Positions 8,730 to 18,282 of a stretch of DNA of 64,000 nucleotides are shown piece by piece. The number at the start of each line of letters is the position of its first letter. The first letter of the stretch is position 1. The stretch comes from a bacterium (lineage in GTDB: Bacteria; CLD3; SB21), in assembly GCA_013360215.1 (NCBI GenBank), contig JABWCP010000001.1, positions 89,144-153,143 on the forward strand. Reading direction: 5' to 3'. The translations under genes were made by a program, and so were the position numbers. The notes under the pieces were generated by a model that did not search any database, had not been told where the DNA came from, and saw only the letters and a list, made by a program, of their open reading frames with translations.

Positions 8730-9785
8730 ATGCGTGCCCCATCATCATTGCGCGATAACCTCCGATCACTTGTCCAAGAAGGAACACTGTATAAACAAAC
8801 CGACGACGGTCGTGTGCAATGTTACGCGTGCGGTCATCGCTGCATCATCGGCGAAGGGCGCGATGGTATTTGCAAAGTTCGCTTCAACCGCAATAATAAA
8901 TTATGGGTTCCCCACGGATATACGGCCGGCATACAACTTGATCCCGTCGAAAAAAAACCATTCTTTCACGTGTTTCCCGGCAGCACAGCGATGAGTTTTG
9001 GAATGTTAGGATGCGATCTGCACTGCGCGTATTGCCAAAACTGGATCACATCCCAAGCCTTGCAAGACCCATACGCCGGCGTACCGCCCCGTCTTATCAC
9101 CGCCGCCGAATTGGCCCAACATGCATCGGATCATGGCGCGCGCCTTCTCACAAGTACCTATAATGAACCGCTCATCACCGCCGAATGGGCGGTGCGCGTC
9201 TTTGAAGAAGGACAACGCCTAGGTTTATACGGTGCCTTTGTATCCAATGGCAATGCAACACCGGAAGTTTTAACTTTTCTGCGTCCGTATGTTTCTATGT
9301 ACAAAGTAGATCTCAAAAGTTTTAACGACAAAAATTATCGGAAGCTCGGTACCACGTTAAAAAATGTAACCGACAGCATAGAAAAAATTCATGCCATGGG
9401 TTTTTGGTTGGAAATCGTAACCCTGATCGTTCCGGGCTTTAATGATTCGGATGCCGAACTGCAGGGCATGGCATCATTTATAAAAAAAATTTCATCCGAT
9501 ATACCCTGGCATGTCACGGCGTTTCATCCTGACTACAAGATGACCGATCCGGATGAAACCGATGCCGATACATTAGCACGCGCAGCACATATCGGTAAAA
9601 ACGAAGGCCTGCATTTTGTATATACCGGAAATCGCCCGGGTGAACTGCGTGATATGGAAAACACGTACTGCCCGGGATGCAAAGCATTGTTAGTAAAACG
9701 CCACGGTTATCGCATTCAGCAAAATAGGATTATCCACGGAAAATGCCCGAATTGCGATCGGAAAATTCCCGGCTATTGGTCCTAA
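8730..9785 (+). CDS. Radical SAM enzyme of the AmmeMemoRadiSam / PFL-activating-enzyme-like type
   Basis: CDLHCAYCQNW radical-SAM cluster motif. Upstream Cys-rich N-terminus (CYACGHRC...C). Overall similarity to AmmeMemoRadiSam-system radical SAM proteins. Confidence 0.75.
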   Translation: MRAPSSLRDNLRSLVQEGTLYKQTDDGRVQCYACGHRCIIGEGRDGICKVRFNRNNKLWVPHGYTAGIQLDPVEKKPFFHVFPGSTAMSFGMLGCDLHCAYCQNWITSQALQDPYAGVPPRLITAAELAQHASDHGARLLTSTYNEPLITAEWAVRVFEEGQRLGLYGAFVSNGNATPEVLTFLRPYVSMYKVDLKSFNDKNYRKLGTTLKNVTDSIEKIHAMGFWLEIVTLIVPGFNDSDAELQGMASFIKKISSDIPWHVTAFHPDYKMTDPDETDADTLARAAHIGKNEGLHFVYTGNRPGELRDMENTYCPGCKALLVKRHGYRIQQNRIIHGKCPNCDRKIPGYWS

Positions 9786-9993
9786 ATTTACCCCTTATCG
9801 TAATCATTAGTTTTAAATTGAAATAAATAGCACTGGTATAAGTGTGCACGCATTTAATCTTCGATTGATTATTTTCTAACATCTTATTCTTAATAACGTA
9901 ATTGCTAAAATAGCGTAATGACTAATACTTCTTATTCAACACACTGATTCAATCTCCTACAGAAATTTAGTTTAATCCAAAATATTTGATTCC

Positions 9994-11130
9994 ATGCTTT
10001 CTTTTTTATATACTTCGCGCGGTTTCGGTTTCACTAAGAAGGAAAATTCATTGGTTATTGAAGATCCGCGCTCAGAAGCACGTAAGCGCTTATTGCAATA
10101 CATTTTTATCGGCATCAGTATTCTCGTCGTTGCTACATTGCTTGTCGTTGTTAGTTTTTACAAACTTGTTTTGTATAACGCGCCTTCGATCAATGTCGAA
10201 CAATTACCGTTAGATAAAAAGTTACTCATTACTATTCCCAAAGGCGCATCGTTGAATGGCATTTCGAACGTCTTACAGGAAAGCGGTGTTATAGAAAACG
10301 CTACTCTCTTTCGTTTGGCCGCTCGCTATCTCGGCGCAGAACGAAGTCTGAAAGCAGGGCAATATCTTTTGCCGGCACACGGTTCCAATCATCAGATCAT
10401 CCGCATATTACAAAATGCCGTACCCCAGAGTGTTCGTGTGACGATTCCGGAAGGCCGCGGCTTACGCTCCATCATACAGCTTTTATCGGCCAAACTTCCG
10501 CTGGACTCTGCTAAATTTGTCAATGCCGTCAATGACTCTTTACTCTGTCGTGAATTAGGATTCCCGGATAAATCGCTCTTTGGTTATCTGATGCCCAACA
10601 CTTATTTCATTGATCCCGGAACCAGCGAAAGTGACATCGTTCGCTTGATGATCGCGGAGTATACTAATTTTTTTGGCGATGACTTAAAAAAGCGAGCTGC
10701 AGAATTGCAATTGACACCGCGTCAGATCATGACCATTGCCTCCATCATCGAGGGCGAAACTGCGGACGATGACGAGCGATATTTAGTTTCATCCGTTTAT
10801 CATAATCGTGTACGCCGCGGAATGATGCTGCAAGCGGATCCGACCATACAGTTCATCATCAAGGATGGTCCGCGTCGCCTATACAACAAAGATCTGGAAA
10901 TAGACAGCCCTTACAACACATATAAATATGCAGGTCTGCCTCCGGGCCCGGTCAACAATCCAGGCAAAGCATCCATTCTTGCCGCGCTGTATCCGGCCAA
11001 TTCGGAATATCTTTATATGGTGGCGGACGGAAAAGGAAAACACATTTTTTCTAAAACAATGGAAGAACACTTGCGTGCGCGCAAACAATTGGATGCGATA
11101 CGTAAACAATTAGAAAAAAAGAAAAAATAG
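9994..11130 (+). CDS. mltG: Endolytic murein transglycosylase MltG (YceG family)
   Basis: N-terminal TM helix. YceG-like motifs (LQADPTIQF, YNTYKYAGLPPGPVNNPG). Confidence 0.85.
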   Translation: MLSFLYTSRGFGFTKKENSLVIEDPRSEARKRLLQYIFIGISILVVATLLVVVSFYKLVLYNAPSINVEQLPLDKKLLITIPKGASLNGISNVLQESGVIENATLFRLAARYLGAERSLKAGQYLLPAHGSNHQIIRILQNAVPQSVRVTIPEGRGLRSIIQLLSAKLPLDSAKFVNAVNDSLLCRELGFPDKSLFGYLMPNTYFIDPGTSESDIVRLMIAEYTNFFGDDLKKRAAELQLTPRQIMTIASIIEGETADDDERYLVSSVYHNRVRRGMMLQADPTIQFIIKDGPRRLYNKDLEIDSPYNTYKYAGLPPGPVNNPGKASILAALYPANSEYLYMVADGKGKHIFSKTMEEHLRARKQLDAIRKQLEKKKK

Positions 11131-11284
11131 CGTCATTCTCCATCACGTTACCACAAAATCTCACATAACCCGCAGAACCGCAACCTACAATGTTTTACAG
11201 CCAATCGCATAAAAAAATACACCAAACGGTAAAAAAAAACACAAAATCAAAAACCATTTTTATTCTCCGAAGTATAAAATTTTA

Positions 11285-11313
11285 TTGACTTTATTTTCAA
11301 AATAGGTTAAAAT
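11285..11313 (+). promoter_or_regulatory. Sigma-70-type promoter (TTGACT - 17 nt - TAAAAT) for the small basic protein gene
   Basis: TTGACT at 11285-11290, 17-nt spacer, TAAAAT at 11308-11313. About 70 nt upstream of an AGGAG RBS and the ATG at 11386. Confidence 0.55.
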
Positions 11314-11385
11314 AATTTTGTGAGAGTTTGAAGGAGCTCTCATTTAATTAACAGAAGTACTAACAGGTGAAAGGAGTTCAAACCA

Positions 11386-11483
11386 TGCCTACTAAAAAAG
11401 CTGGTGCGAAGAAACCCGCTGCTAAAAAAGCCGCGAAGAAGACCGCTAAGAAAACGACCAAAAAAGCTGCTAAGAAGAAGTAA
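11386..11483 (+). CDS. Lysine/alanine-rich small basic protein (histone H1-like, 32 aa)
   Basis: MPTKKAGAKKPAAKKAAKKTAKKTTKKAAKKK. Strong RBS (GAAAGGAG) 7 nt upstream. Consensus promoter upstream and a hairpin terminator downstream. Too short to appear in the ORF track. Confidence 0.6.
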
Positions 11484-11575
11484 TCTCTTCTAATCGCTTA
11501 CTTACCGGGTTCCGACTGGATTACACCCCGTAAGTTGTCGTTTGCGGAGGGTTACACGACCTCCACAGTCTTTGA

Positions 11576-11610
11576 AAAAGCAGGTATCCTTGATGCCTGC
11601 TTTTTTCTTT
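11576..11610 (+). terminator. Rho-independent terminator after the small basic protein gene
   Basis: AAGCAGG-tatccttgat-GCCTGC stem followed by TTTTTTCTTTTC. Confidence 0.7.
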
Positions 11611-11634
11611 TCTTTTTTTTAATTATGATTTGCT

Positions 11635-12915
11635 ATGAAAAATATTTTAATACCTACCACTATCATAACTACAATCCTATTCCTGTTAAGCAACTCATCA
11701 CTGCAAGGTCAAACCGCGAACTCCGAGGCGATGAGTAAGAAACATGTTTTGGGCAAATGGGTACAACTTCCCGATACGCTGACTTTTTGCGGAGAGGTCA
11801 TCCCTCTCAATGATCCCGAAGTACGCGAACGTGCAGAAGATATTTTTTATACACGGCTGGGCGACGATGATCGCTTCTATCTTTTATTACGACGCACCTC
11901 CCGTTATTTCCCGTTTTATGAAAAAGTTTTTCGTGAAATGGAATTACCATCCGACCTTAAATACTTATCTGTCGCCGAAAGCTCGTTGCGTATTGATGCA
12001 TACTCTTCAGCCGATGCCACAGGTTTATGGCAATTTATTGCAGGAACGGCCAAAATTTGGGGATTGCGCGTAGATAAATATGCCGACGAACGATTTCATG
12101 TCGAAAAATCAACCCGCGCTGCCTGCACTCTTTTAAAGAATCTGCGCATGGCTTTCGGCAGTTGGAGTTTGGCCGCAGCAGCGTACAATACAGGTGAAGC
12201 AAATATCGAAAAAGCCGTTGACGGCCAGCATGATGATAACTATTACAATCTTTTTTTAAACAAGGAAACACGGCAGTACGTGATTCACATCGCCGTACTT
12301 AAGGAAATTTTAGAACATCCCGAAAAATATGGTTACGCCATTCCGGATTCCTCCTACTTCAAACCATTCGATGACCGTACAGAAACAATAGCACTAAAAG
12401 GTCCGGTCAAAGATTTGGGATTGTGGGCAAAATCAATCGGTACCAATTACAAAACGATCAAAATGCTTAACTTCTGGATTATGCGCTATGATTTGCCCGA
12501 AGGTATTTGGGAGCTACGCGTTCCTGAAGGTCTCTCAAGTGATTCTTCGCTCATGCAGTTTTGGCAATCAAAAAATGATTCGATCATTTACGGCGAAAAC
12601 AATCGGGTGACGATTTTTCACACAGTTCAACCGGGTGAATCGCAGATACGTATTGCCGCCATGTACAGCATAAGTATTCAGGAACTGAAAGATTGGAACG
12701 GGCTTAAGAATGATGCTGTTGTGGTAAATCAAAAATTGAAATTGAAAATCCCTGCTCACACTAAGATACAATATCCGGTTCGCAGTGGTGATAATCTTTT
12801 GAAAATAGCCGAACAATTTAAAGTCACAGCAGCACGTATCAAAGAATGGAATAAACGAGAGTTGAATGGTTTGCAGGCAGGTGAAGTACTTACGATCTAT
12901 ATCGGAAGGAATTAA
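11635..12915 (+). CDS. Membrane-bound lytic murein transglycosylase D-like (SLT domain plus two C-terminal LysM domains)
   Basis: Signal peptide. SLT catalytic region (ESSLRIDAYSSADATGLWQF...AAYNTGEANI). Two LysM-like repeats near the C-terminus. Confidence 0.8.
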   Translation: MKNILIPTTIITTILFLLSNSSLQGQTANSEAMSKKHVLGKWVQLPDTLTFCGEVIPLNDPEVRERAEDIFYTRLGDDDRFYLLLRRTSRYFPFYEKVFREMELPSDLKYLSVAESSLRIDAYSSADATGLWQFIAGTAKIWGLRVDKYADERFHVEKSTRAACTLLKNLRMAFGSWSLAAAAYNTGEANIEKAVDGQHDDNYYNLFLNKETRQYVIHIAVLKEILEHPEKYGYAIPDSSYFKPFDDRTETIALKGPVKDLGLWAKSIGTNYKTIKMLNFWIMRYDLPEGIWELRVPEGLSSDSSLMQFWQSKNDSIIYGENNRVTIFHTVQPGESQIRIAAMYSISIQELKDWNGLKNDAVVVNQKLKLKIPAHTKIQYPVRSGDNLLKIAEQFKVTAARIKEWNKRELNGLQAGEVLTIYIGRN

Positions 12916-13866
12916 TTACCATTCCATTTCCAAATAATCCACCATATCGAAGAAAATAAAAAGCTCAGGGTTTTGAGGTACATTATTGATACGCACTTCG
13001 TAGTGCAAATGCGGTCCGGTAGATAAACCGGTGCTCCCCACCTCAGCAATTTTTTGATTACGCTTTACCCGTTCCCCGTTTTTTACTTTATACGATGACA
13101 AATGGCCGTATAGTGTCTTTATTCCGTTACCGTGATCTACGATGATAGATTTACCGTAACCACCGCGCCAAGTCACCCCTTCGACAACGCCATCGGCCGT
13201 AACATAAACCGGCGTTCCCCAACGCGCGGCAATATCCAAACCGGTGTGCGGTATAAACGAACGAAATGATTTACGAACGCCGAAACGATCTGTGATGCGC
13301 CCGCGTTTGATCGGATTGATTGACGGAAGATAAACCAACTTCGCTGCATTGGCACTGATGTTTTCATGCAGTTCCGCATAACTCTGCAATTCGAGTTTAA
13401 TATTACTTTCCAGCTTCTCTAAGTTCTCAAGATTTTTACGCACCAGCCCATCCGCATCGTCCGATAACAAATCCGGGTTGTAATCAATTTCCAAATCACT
13501 GCCACCGATACCGGCATCTTTAAGCAGCATATTGATATCCGGCAGATCGGCGATGACACGCAGTTCACTATCCTTAGTACGAATTAGCTTAAGCTGTTCG
13601 TCAATCACTTTCATACGGCCGCCGATATCGGAAAGTTGATCTTTGAGAATTCGATTTTCCGCGTTGAGTTCGGCCAGGCGTTCATCACCGGAATATTTGG
13701 AAAACAAAAAACCGAGAATACTCATTGAAATAAATAAAAAACTAACCAAAGCCGCCAAAAACAAAGTAAGGCGATTCCGGGAAACCATAAGTTCACGCAT
13801 GCCCGATTGATTCTCGGGAACGTATAACAGGCGGAACCGTTTGTCAGTAAACCATTTCATGGGCAT
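12916..13866 (-). CDS. M23 family murein endopeptidase
   Basis: C-terminal LytM/M23 motifs (GLDIAARWGTPVYVTADGVV, GHLSSY, GSTGLSTGPHLHYEV). TM segment plus coiled-coil N-terminally. Start set at MPMKWF (alternative upstream ATG at 13953). Confidence 0.8.
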   Translation of the reverse strand: MPMKWFTDKRFRLLYVPENQSGMRELMVSRNRLTLFLAALVSFLFISMSILGFLFSKYSGDERLAELNAENRILKDQLSDIGGRMKVIDEQLKLIRTKDSELRVIADLPDINMLLKDAGIGGSDLEIDYNPDLLSDDADGLVRKNLENLEKLESNIKLELQSYAELHENISANAAKLVYLPSINPIKRGRITDRFGVRKSFRSFIPHTGLDIAARWGTPVYVTADGVVEGVTWRGGYGKSIIVDHGNGIKTLYGHLSSYKVKNGERVKRNQKIAEVGSTGLSTGPHLHYEVRINNVPQNPELFIFFDMVDYLEMEW

Positions 13867-14054
13867 AAAAGTACATAAGCATGCCCTTAAAGGCAAGATG
13901 TTTTGAGGATACCGCCTGCACTTTTTCCAAAAAAAGCTGCTATGCAAAGACATTTACTATTGCATATCTATGCGGTTCGGTATAATATTGCGCACCATTA
14001 ATTTTAACTTTACAACGCAGACTGAAATACCTGCATTTTGAGGAGACGCCGAAG

Positions 14055-15974
14055 TTGACCTGGACAACCGATGATGCCAATAAAATCTACAATGTCGAAG
14101 AATGGGGTGCGGGTTATTTTCACATCAACACCAAAGGCCATATTAGCGTAACGCCCACCGGCGACCTTGGCAAATCCATTGACCTTAAAACGGTTGTAGA
14201 CGATATCAAAGCACGCGGCATAGCCCTGCCCGTTCTTGTTCGGTTTCAGGATATTCTTCGAAGCCGCGTTCGGGAGCTCAATGAACATTTTCGCCGTGCG
14301 ATCAGTGAATACAATTATCAAGGCAAATACCACGGCGTTTTCCCGATCAAAGTCAATCAATTGCGTGAGGCCGTCGAAGAAATACTGGATGCCGGTATTC
14401 CCTACGGTTACGGGATTGAGTGTGGCAGCAAACCGGAACTGTATGTCGCGCTAGCTCTTGTCGAAGATAAAGAAACGCTCATCATAGCCAACGGCTATAA
14501 AGATGCGCAATTCATTCGTATGGCGCTCCTGGGTAAACAACTCCGAAAGAACGTTATCATCGTTGTCGAAAAGTTATCCGAGCTGCGGCAGATTTTGCAG
14601 ATATCCAAAGAAATCGGTGTCGAGCCGGCAATCGGTATTCGCGCTAAACTCAGTACCAAAGGCACCGGCAAATGGGAAGCTTCCAGCGGTGATCAGTCCA
14701 AGTTTGGCCTCTCTATGCCAGAGATCGTCGAAGCCATCGAAATGCTCAAAGAAAATAACCTGACGAGCGCTTTTAAGTTACTGCACTTTCACATGGGCTC
14801 CCAAATACCCGATATCCGTACGATCAAAGCGGCCGCTAAGGAAGCTTCGCGTATCTATGCGAGCGCCTATAAAATGGGTATGCCTATTCAGTTTATTGAT
14901 GTCGGTGGCGGTTTGGGCGTTGACTATGACGGATCTCGGACAACATTTCGCAGCAGTATGAATTATAGTTTGCAGGAATATGCCAACGATATCGTTTATA
15001 CTATTTTGGAAGTATGTAATTCGGAAGAAATTCCCCATCCCAATATTGTCAGCGAAAGCGGACGTGCCATCGTAGCCCATCATTCCGTTTTGGTTTTGGA
15101 AATTTTTGGTAACATTGAGAAAAAACCGTCCGCATTTAAAATGGATTTTTCTCCCGAAGATCCGGACATTATACAAGAAATGCTGGATCTGCGTCATCAA
15201 TTGCACAAAAAAAACACCAACTACCTCGAAGTCTATCACGACGCCGCACAACGCCGCGAAGAAGCGCACTCGCTATTCTCACTCGGTTATCTGACGCTCA
15301 TCGAAAAAGCTAAAATTGAGAACCTGTATTGGGAAATCATCAATATCATCCGTGAATATTCCCGCAGTCTGGAAGTGATACCCGAAGAATTAGCCGAGCT
15401 TGAGCCCAAATTAGCTGATCAGTATCTCTGCAATTTTTCGATTTTCCAATCGTTGCTGGACCATTGGGCGATCGACCATTTATTCCCCATTGTACCGATA
15501 CACCGACTCAACGAAGAGCCGACCAAACGCGCTATTCTGGTGGACATCACCTGCGACTCCGACGGAAAAATCTGTAAATTCATTGACATGAAAGATGTCA
15601 AAGATAAGCTGGAACTTCACCCCCTGAATGATGATCCCTATTATATCGGTATTTTCTTATTGGGCGCTTATCAGGATATCATGGGTGATATGCATAATCT
15701 TTTCGGTCGCGTCAATGAAGTACACGTTTTTATGGATGACGAAGAACCGGATAACTACTACGTCGAAGAAATCATTCCCGGTTCCAATGTTGGGCAAGTA
15801 TTATCGCTGGTACAGTACAATGAAAATGAGATCATCAAGCTCATCAAAAAAACCGTGGATCAGCGCATCAAAGAAGGGCAACTCAAACCCAGCGAAGGTG
15901 TTAAATTATTAGACACCTACGAAGCCGGACTTAAAGATTATACCTATCTTCAGCTCAACGGCCGTTCACGTTAG
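14055..15974 (+). CDS. speA: Biosynthetic arginine decarboxylase
   Basis: 639 aa. N-terminal IYNVEEWGAGYFHIN typical of SpeA, and a fold-type III PLP decarboxylase body. Start codon appears to be TTG. Confidence 0.85.
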   Translation: MTWTTDDANKIYNVEEWGAGYFHINTKGHISVTPTGDLGKSIDLKTVVDDIKARGIALPVLVRFQDILRSRVRELNEHFRRAISEYNYQGKYHGVFPIKVNQLREAVEEILDAGIPYGYGIECGSKPELYVALALVEDKETLIIANGYKDAQFIRMALLGKQLRKNVIIVVEKLSELRQILQISKEIGVEPAIGIRAKLSTKGTGKWEASSGDQSKFGLSMPEIVEAIEMLKENNLTSAFKLLHFHMGSQIPDIRTIKAAAKEASRIYASAYKMGMPIQFIDVGGGLGVDYDGSRTTFRSSMNYSLQEYANDIVYTILEVCNSEEIPHPNIVSESGRAIVAHHSVLVLEIFGNIEKKPSAFKMDFSPEDPDIIQEMLDLRHQLHKKNTNYLEVYHDAAQRREEAHSLFSLGYLTLIEKAKIENLYWEIINIIREYSRSLEVIPEELAELEPKLADQYLCNFSIFQSLLDHWAIDHLFPIVPIHRLNEEPTKRAILVDITCDSDGKICKFIDMKDVKDKLELHPLNDDPYYIGIFLLGAYQDIMGDMHNLFGRVNEVHVFMDDEEPDNYYVEEIIPGSNVGQVLSLVQYNENEIIKLIKKTVDQRIKEGQLKPSEGVKLLDTYEAGLKDYTYLQLNGRSR

Positions 15975-15994
15975 ACTGTGGCGGATATAGGACT

Positions 15995-17542
15995 ATGATC
16001 ACACGCACCCGCATTTTGTATCTTACGGGGCCGTTGCTTTTTTTATTAAGCTTTCCCCCGCTTCCTACCGGATTTTTAGCCTATATCGCTCTCCTTCCTT
16101 TTTTTGAATTGCTGCGTCAAAATCAATATCGGTTCGGTTTTAGAACCGGTTACGGCTTGGGTTTGCTTACCATGGGTATTTTTATTCATTGGCTCAATGC
16201 CAATACCGGAGCAACACTACCGCAGGCCACCGGCATGTATCTCGGGACGATCATGTATCTGGCTTTGTATTGGGGATGTTTCGGCGCCATACAAGGTTTT
16301 ATCCAACGCAAACTTGGTGAACGTGGTTTATGGTTAGCTCCCTTTTTGTGGGCATCGCTGGACTACGTCCAGTCGCTCGGCGAACTTGGTTTTACTTGGC
16401 ATAATCTGGCGACAACCCAGTCTTATTATCTTCCTTTGATTCAGTTTATAGATATTACCGGCATTTACGGGCTTTCGTTTTGGATCGCTTTGGTTAATGT
16501 TATCATTTTCAAATTAATCAATGCCTATCGTGAACAGCAAAAAAATCAAGTGGTGTCCTATGCCGTGGGTTTGGGAATGATTTTTCTTTTGCCGCTAGTC
16601 TATGGCTTTTTGTCGTCGTGGCGGGAAACTTCGGAAAAAAAGTTGCGTGTAGCGATCATACAGCCCAATATTGAACCGAACCGCAAATGGCTTGAGCATG
16701 ATTTTGCATACGAAGAATTGTTGCGCTTAACGCAATCCATCCCTGAAGGTAAAACCGATCTGATCATTTGGCCGGAAACGGCCATTCCAGTTCGATTGAG
16801 ACAAGATCGAACTAAACTCGCAGCGATACGTGAAATCTTAAAAGAAAAAAAAGCCTCTCTGCTCACCGGAATACCCGATCGGAAAACGACAGAAACCGAA
16901 GACGGACGACGGACGGCTGAATATTATAACGCCGCGCTCGTTATTCGCCCGGATAATACGCAGCTTGGAAATTATGAAAAAGTTCATCTTGTTCCTTTTG
17001 GCGAATTCGTTCCGAGTTTTTTGAAGTTTTTGGACGCCATCGCCATGGAAGTCGGTGCCTCTAACTATACGCCCGGCGATTCAGTTCATGCTTTTACCAT
17101 TCCTCTCTATTCCGATAGCATCCCGGCCGACTCAGCGTGTATTACTGCTGTCATTTGCCTTGAGTCCATATTCCCCTATCTAGTTCGGGAAGGTTTGGAG
17201 CGGGATGCGCAAGCTTTGGTCATTGTAACCAATGATTCATGGTATGATGGTACGATGGCGCCTGAACAACACGCACGCATCGCCGTTCTGAGAGCGATTG
17301 AGTTTCGCACTTCGGTAGCCCGGTGCGCCAACTCCGGCGTCTCCAACGCCATTGATCCCTACGGGCGCATTACGGCCAAGTTGGATAATGGCTTGCAGGG
17401 AGTGCTGTATGCGACGATACCGTTGCAAACCAGTACCAGCATTTATATGCGATGGGGCGATTGGTTCGCTCACAGTCTTTGGGTGATCACCACTTTATCG
17501 CTGTGCTTTTTGTTTTTTTATAAACCGTCGAAGCTCGATTGA
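15995..17542 (+). CDS. lnt: Apolipoprotein N-acyltransferase
   Basis: Multiple N-terminal TM helices plus a C-terminal CN-hydrolase domain with the E/K/C triad context (WPETAIP..., ICLESIFP). Confidence 0.85.
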   Translation: MITRTRILYLTGPLLFLLSFPPLPTGFLAYIALLPFFELLRQNQYRFGFRTGYGLGLLTMGIFIHWLNANTGATLPQATGMYLGTIMYLALYWGCFGAIQGFIQRKLGERGLWLAPFLWASLDYVQSLGELGFTWHNLATTQSYYLPLIQFIDITGIYGLSFWIALVNVIIFKLINAYREQQKNQVVSYAVGLGMIFLLPLVYGFLSSWRETSEKKLRVAIIQPNIEPNRKWLEHDFAYEELLRLTQSIPEGKTDLIIWPETAIPVRLRQDRTKLAAIREILKEKKASLLTGIPDRKTTETEDGRRTAEYYNAALVIRPDNTQLGNYEKVHLVPFGEFVPSFLKFLDAIAMEVGASNYTPGDSVHAFTIPLYSDSIPADSACITAVICLESIFPYLVREGLERDAQALVIVTNDSWYDGTMAPEQHARIAVLRAIEFRTSVARCANSGVSNAIDPYGRITAKLDNGLQGVLYATIPLQTSTSIYMRWGDWFAHSLWVITTLSLCFLFFYKPSKLD

Positions 17543-18282
17543 CCATGATTCAAAAGCCTTCATTTTTCATATCTGACATTCATTTTATGGGCGGGCGCTC
17601 AGCGGCGGAGTTTCATAAATACAGAATGGTCAAATCTTTTTTTGAGCACGTCGCTGAACATGGACAAGAGCTTTTTATACTCGGGGATTATTTTGATTTC
17701 GGCATTGATTATCGTCACAGCCTTCCCTCGCAAAACGTACGCGGCCTTGCGTTGTTGGTATTATTGGCAGACGCAGGAGTACAAATTCATTACCTTGTCG
17801 GCAATCATGATTTTTGGCTCGGTGATTTTTTACAAAAGGAGTTGGATATTAAACTTTATTATGAGCCATTTTCGATTTCACGCAACGGGAAAAATATTTA
17901 TCTTATACACGGCGACGGATTATCCGATCTTGATAAATCCTATCGCACGATGCGCCGCATTTTGCGCGCTCGTTTCAATCAGTTTTTATTTCGATGGTTA
18001 CATCCCGATCTCGGTATCGCCTTAGCCAATCGTATGTCGCACGCGAGCAAAAATCAGGATGTTTTATATACCAAATACAATCAGGATGAAAGCTATTTTA
18101 AGTCGCTGAATACCATTTTTGATCAGGGCTATGATATGATATTGATGGGACATCATCATCAGCCTATGATGCGTGTTTTCAATAATAAAATATATTATAA
18201 TCTGGGAGACTGGATTCAGCACGGCAGTTACCTTGAATCCGACGCGCAGGGGTTTTCGCAAAAAACTTGGAAACTTACATGA
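17539..18282 (+). CDS. lpxH: UDP-2,3-diacylglucosamine diphosphatase-like metallophosphoesterase
   Basis: FFISDIHF, GDYFDFG, GNHDFWLGDF, HGDG and GHHH metallophosphatase motifs. Overlaps the lnt stop. Confidence 0.7.
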   Translation: MTMIQKPSFFISDIHFMGGRSAAEFHKYRMVKSFFEHVAEHGQELFILGDYFDFGIDYRHSLPSQNVRGLALLVLLADAGVQIHYLVGNHDFWLGDFLQKELDIKLYYEPFSISRNGKNIYLIHGDGLSDLDKSYRTMRRILRARFNQFLFRWLHPDLGIALANRMSHASKNQDVLYTKYNQDESYFKSLNTIFDQGYDMILMGHHHQPMMRVFNNKIYYNLGDWIQHGSYLESDAQGFSQKTWKLT

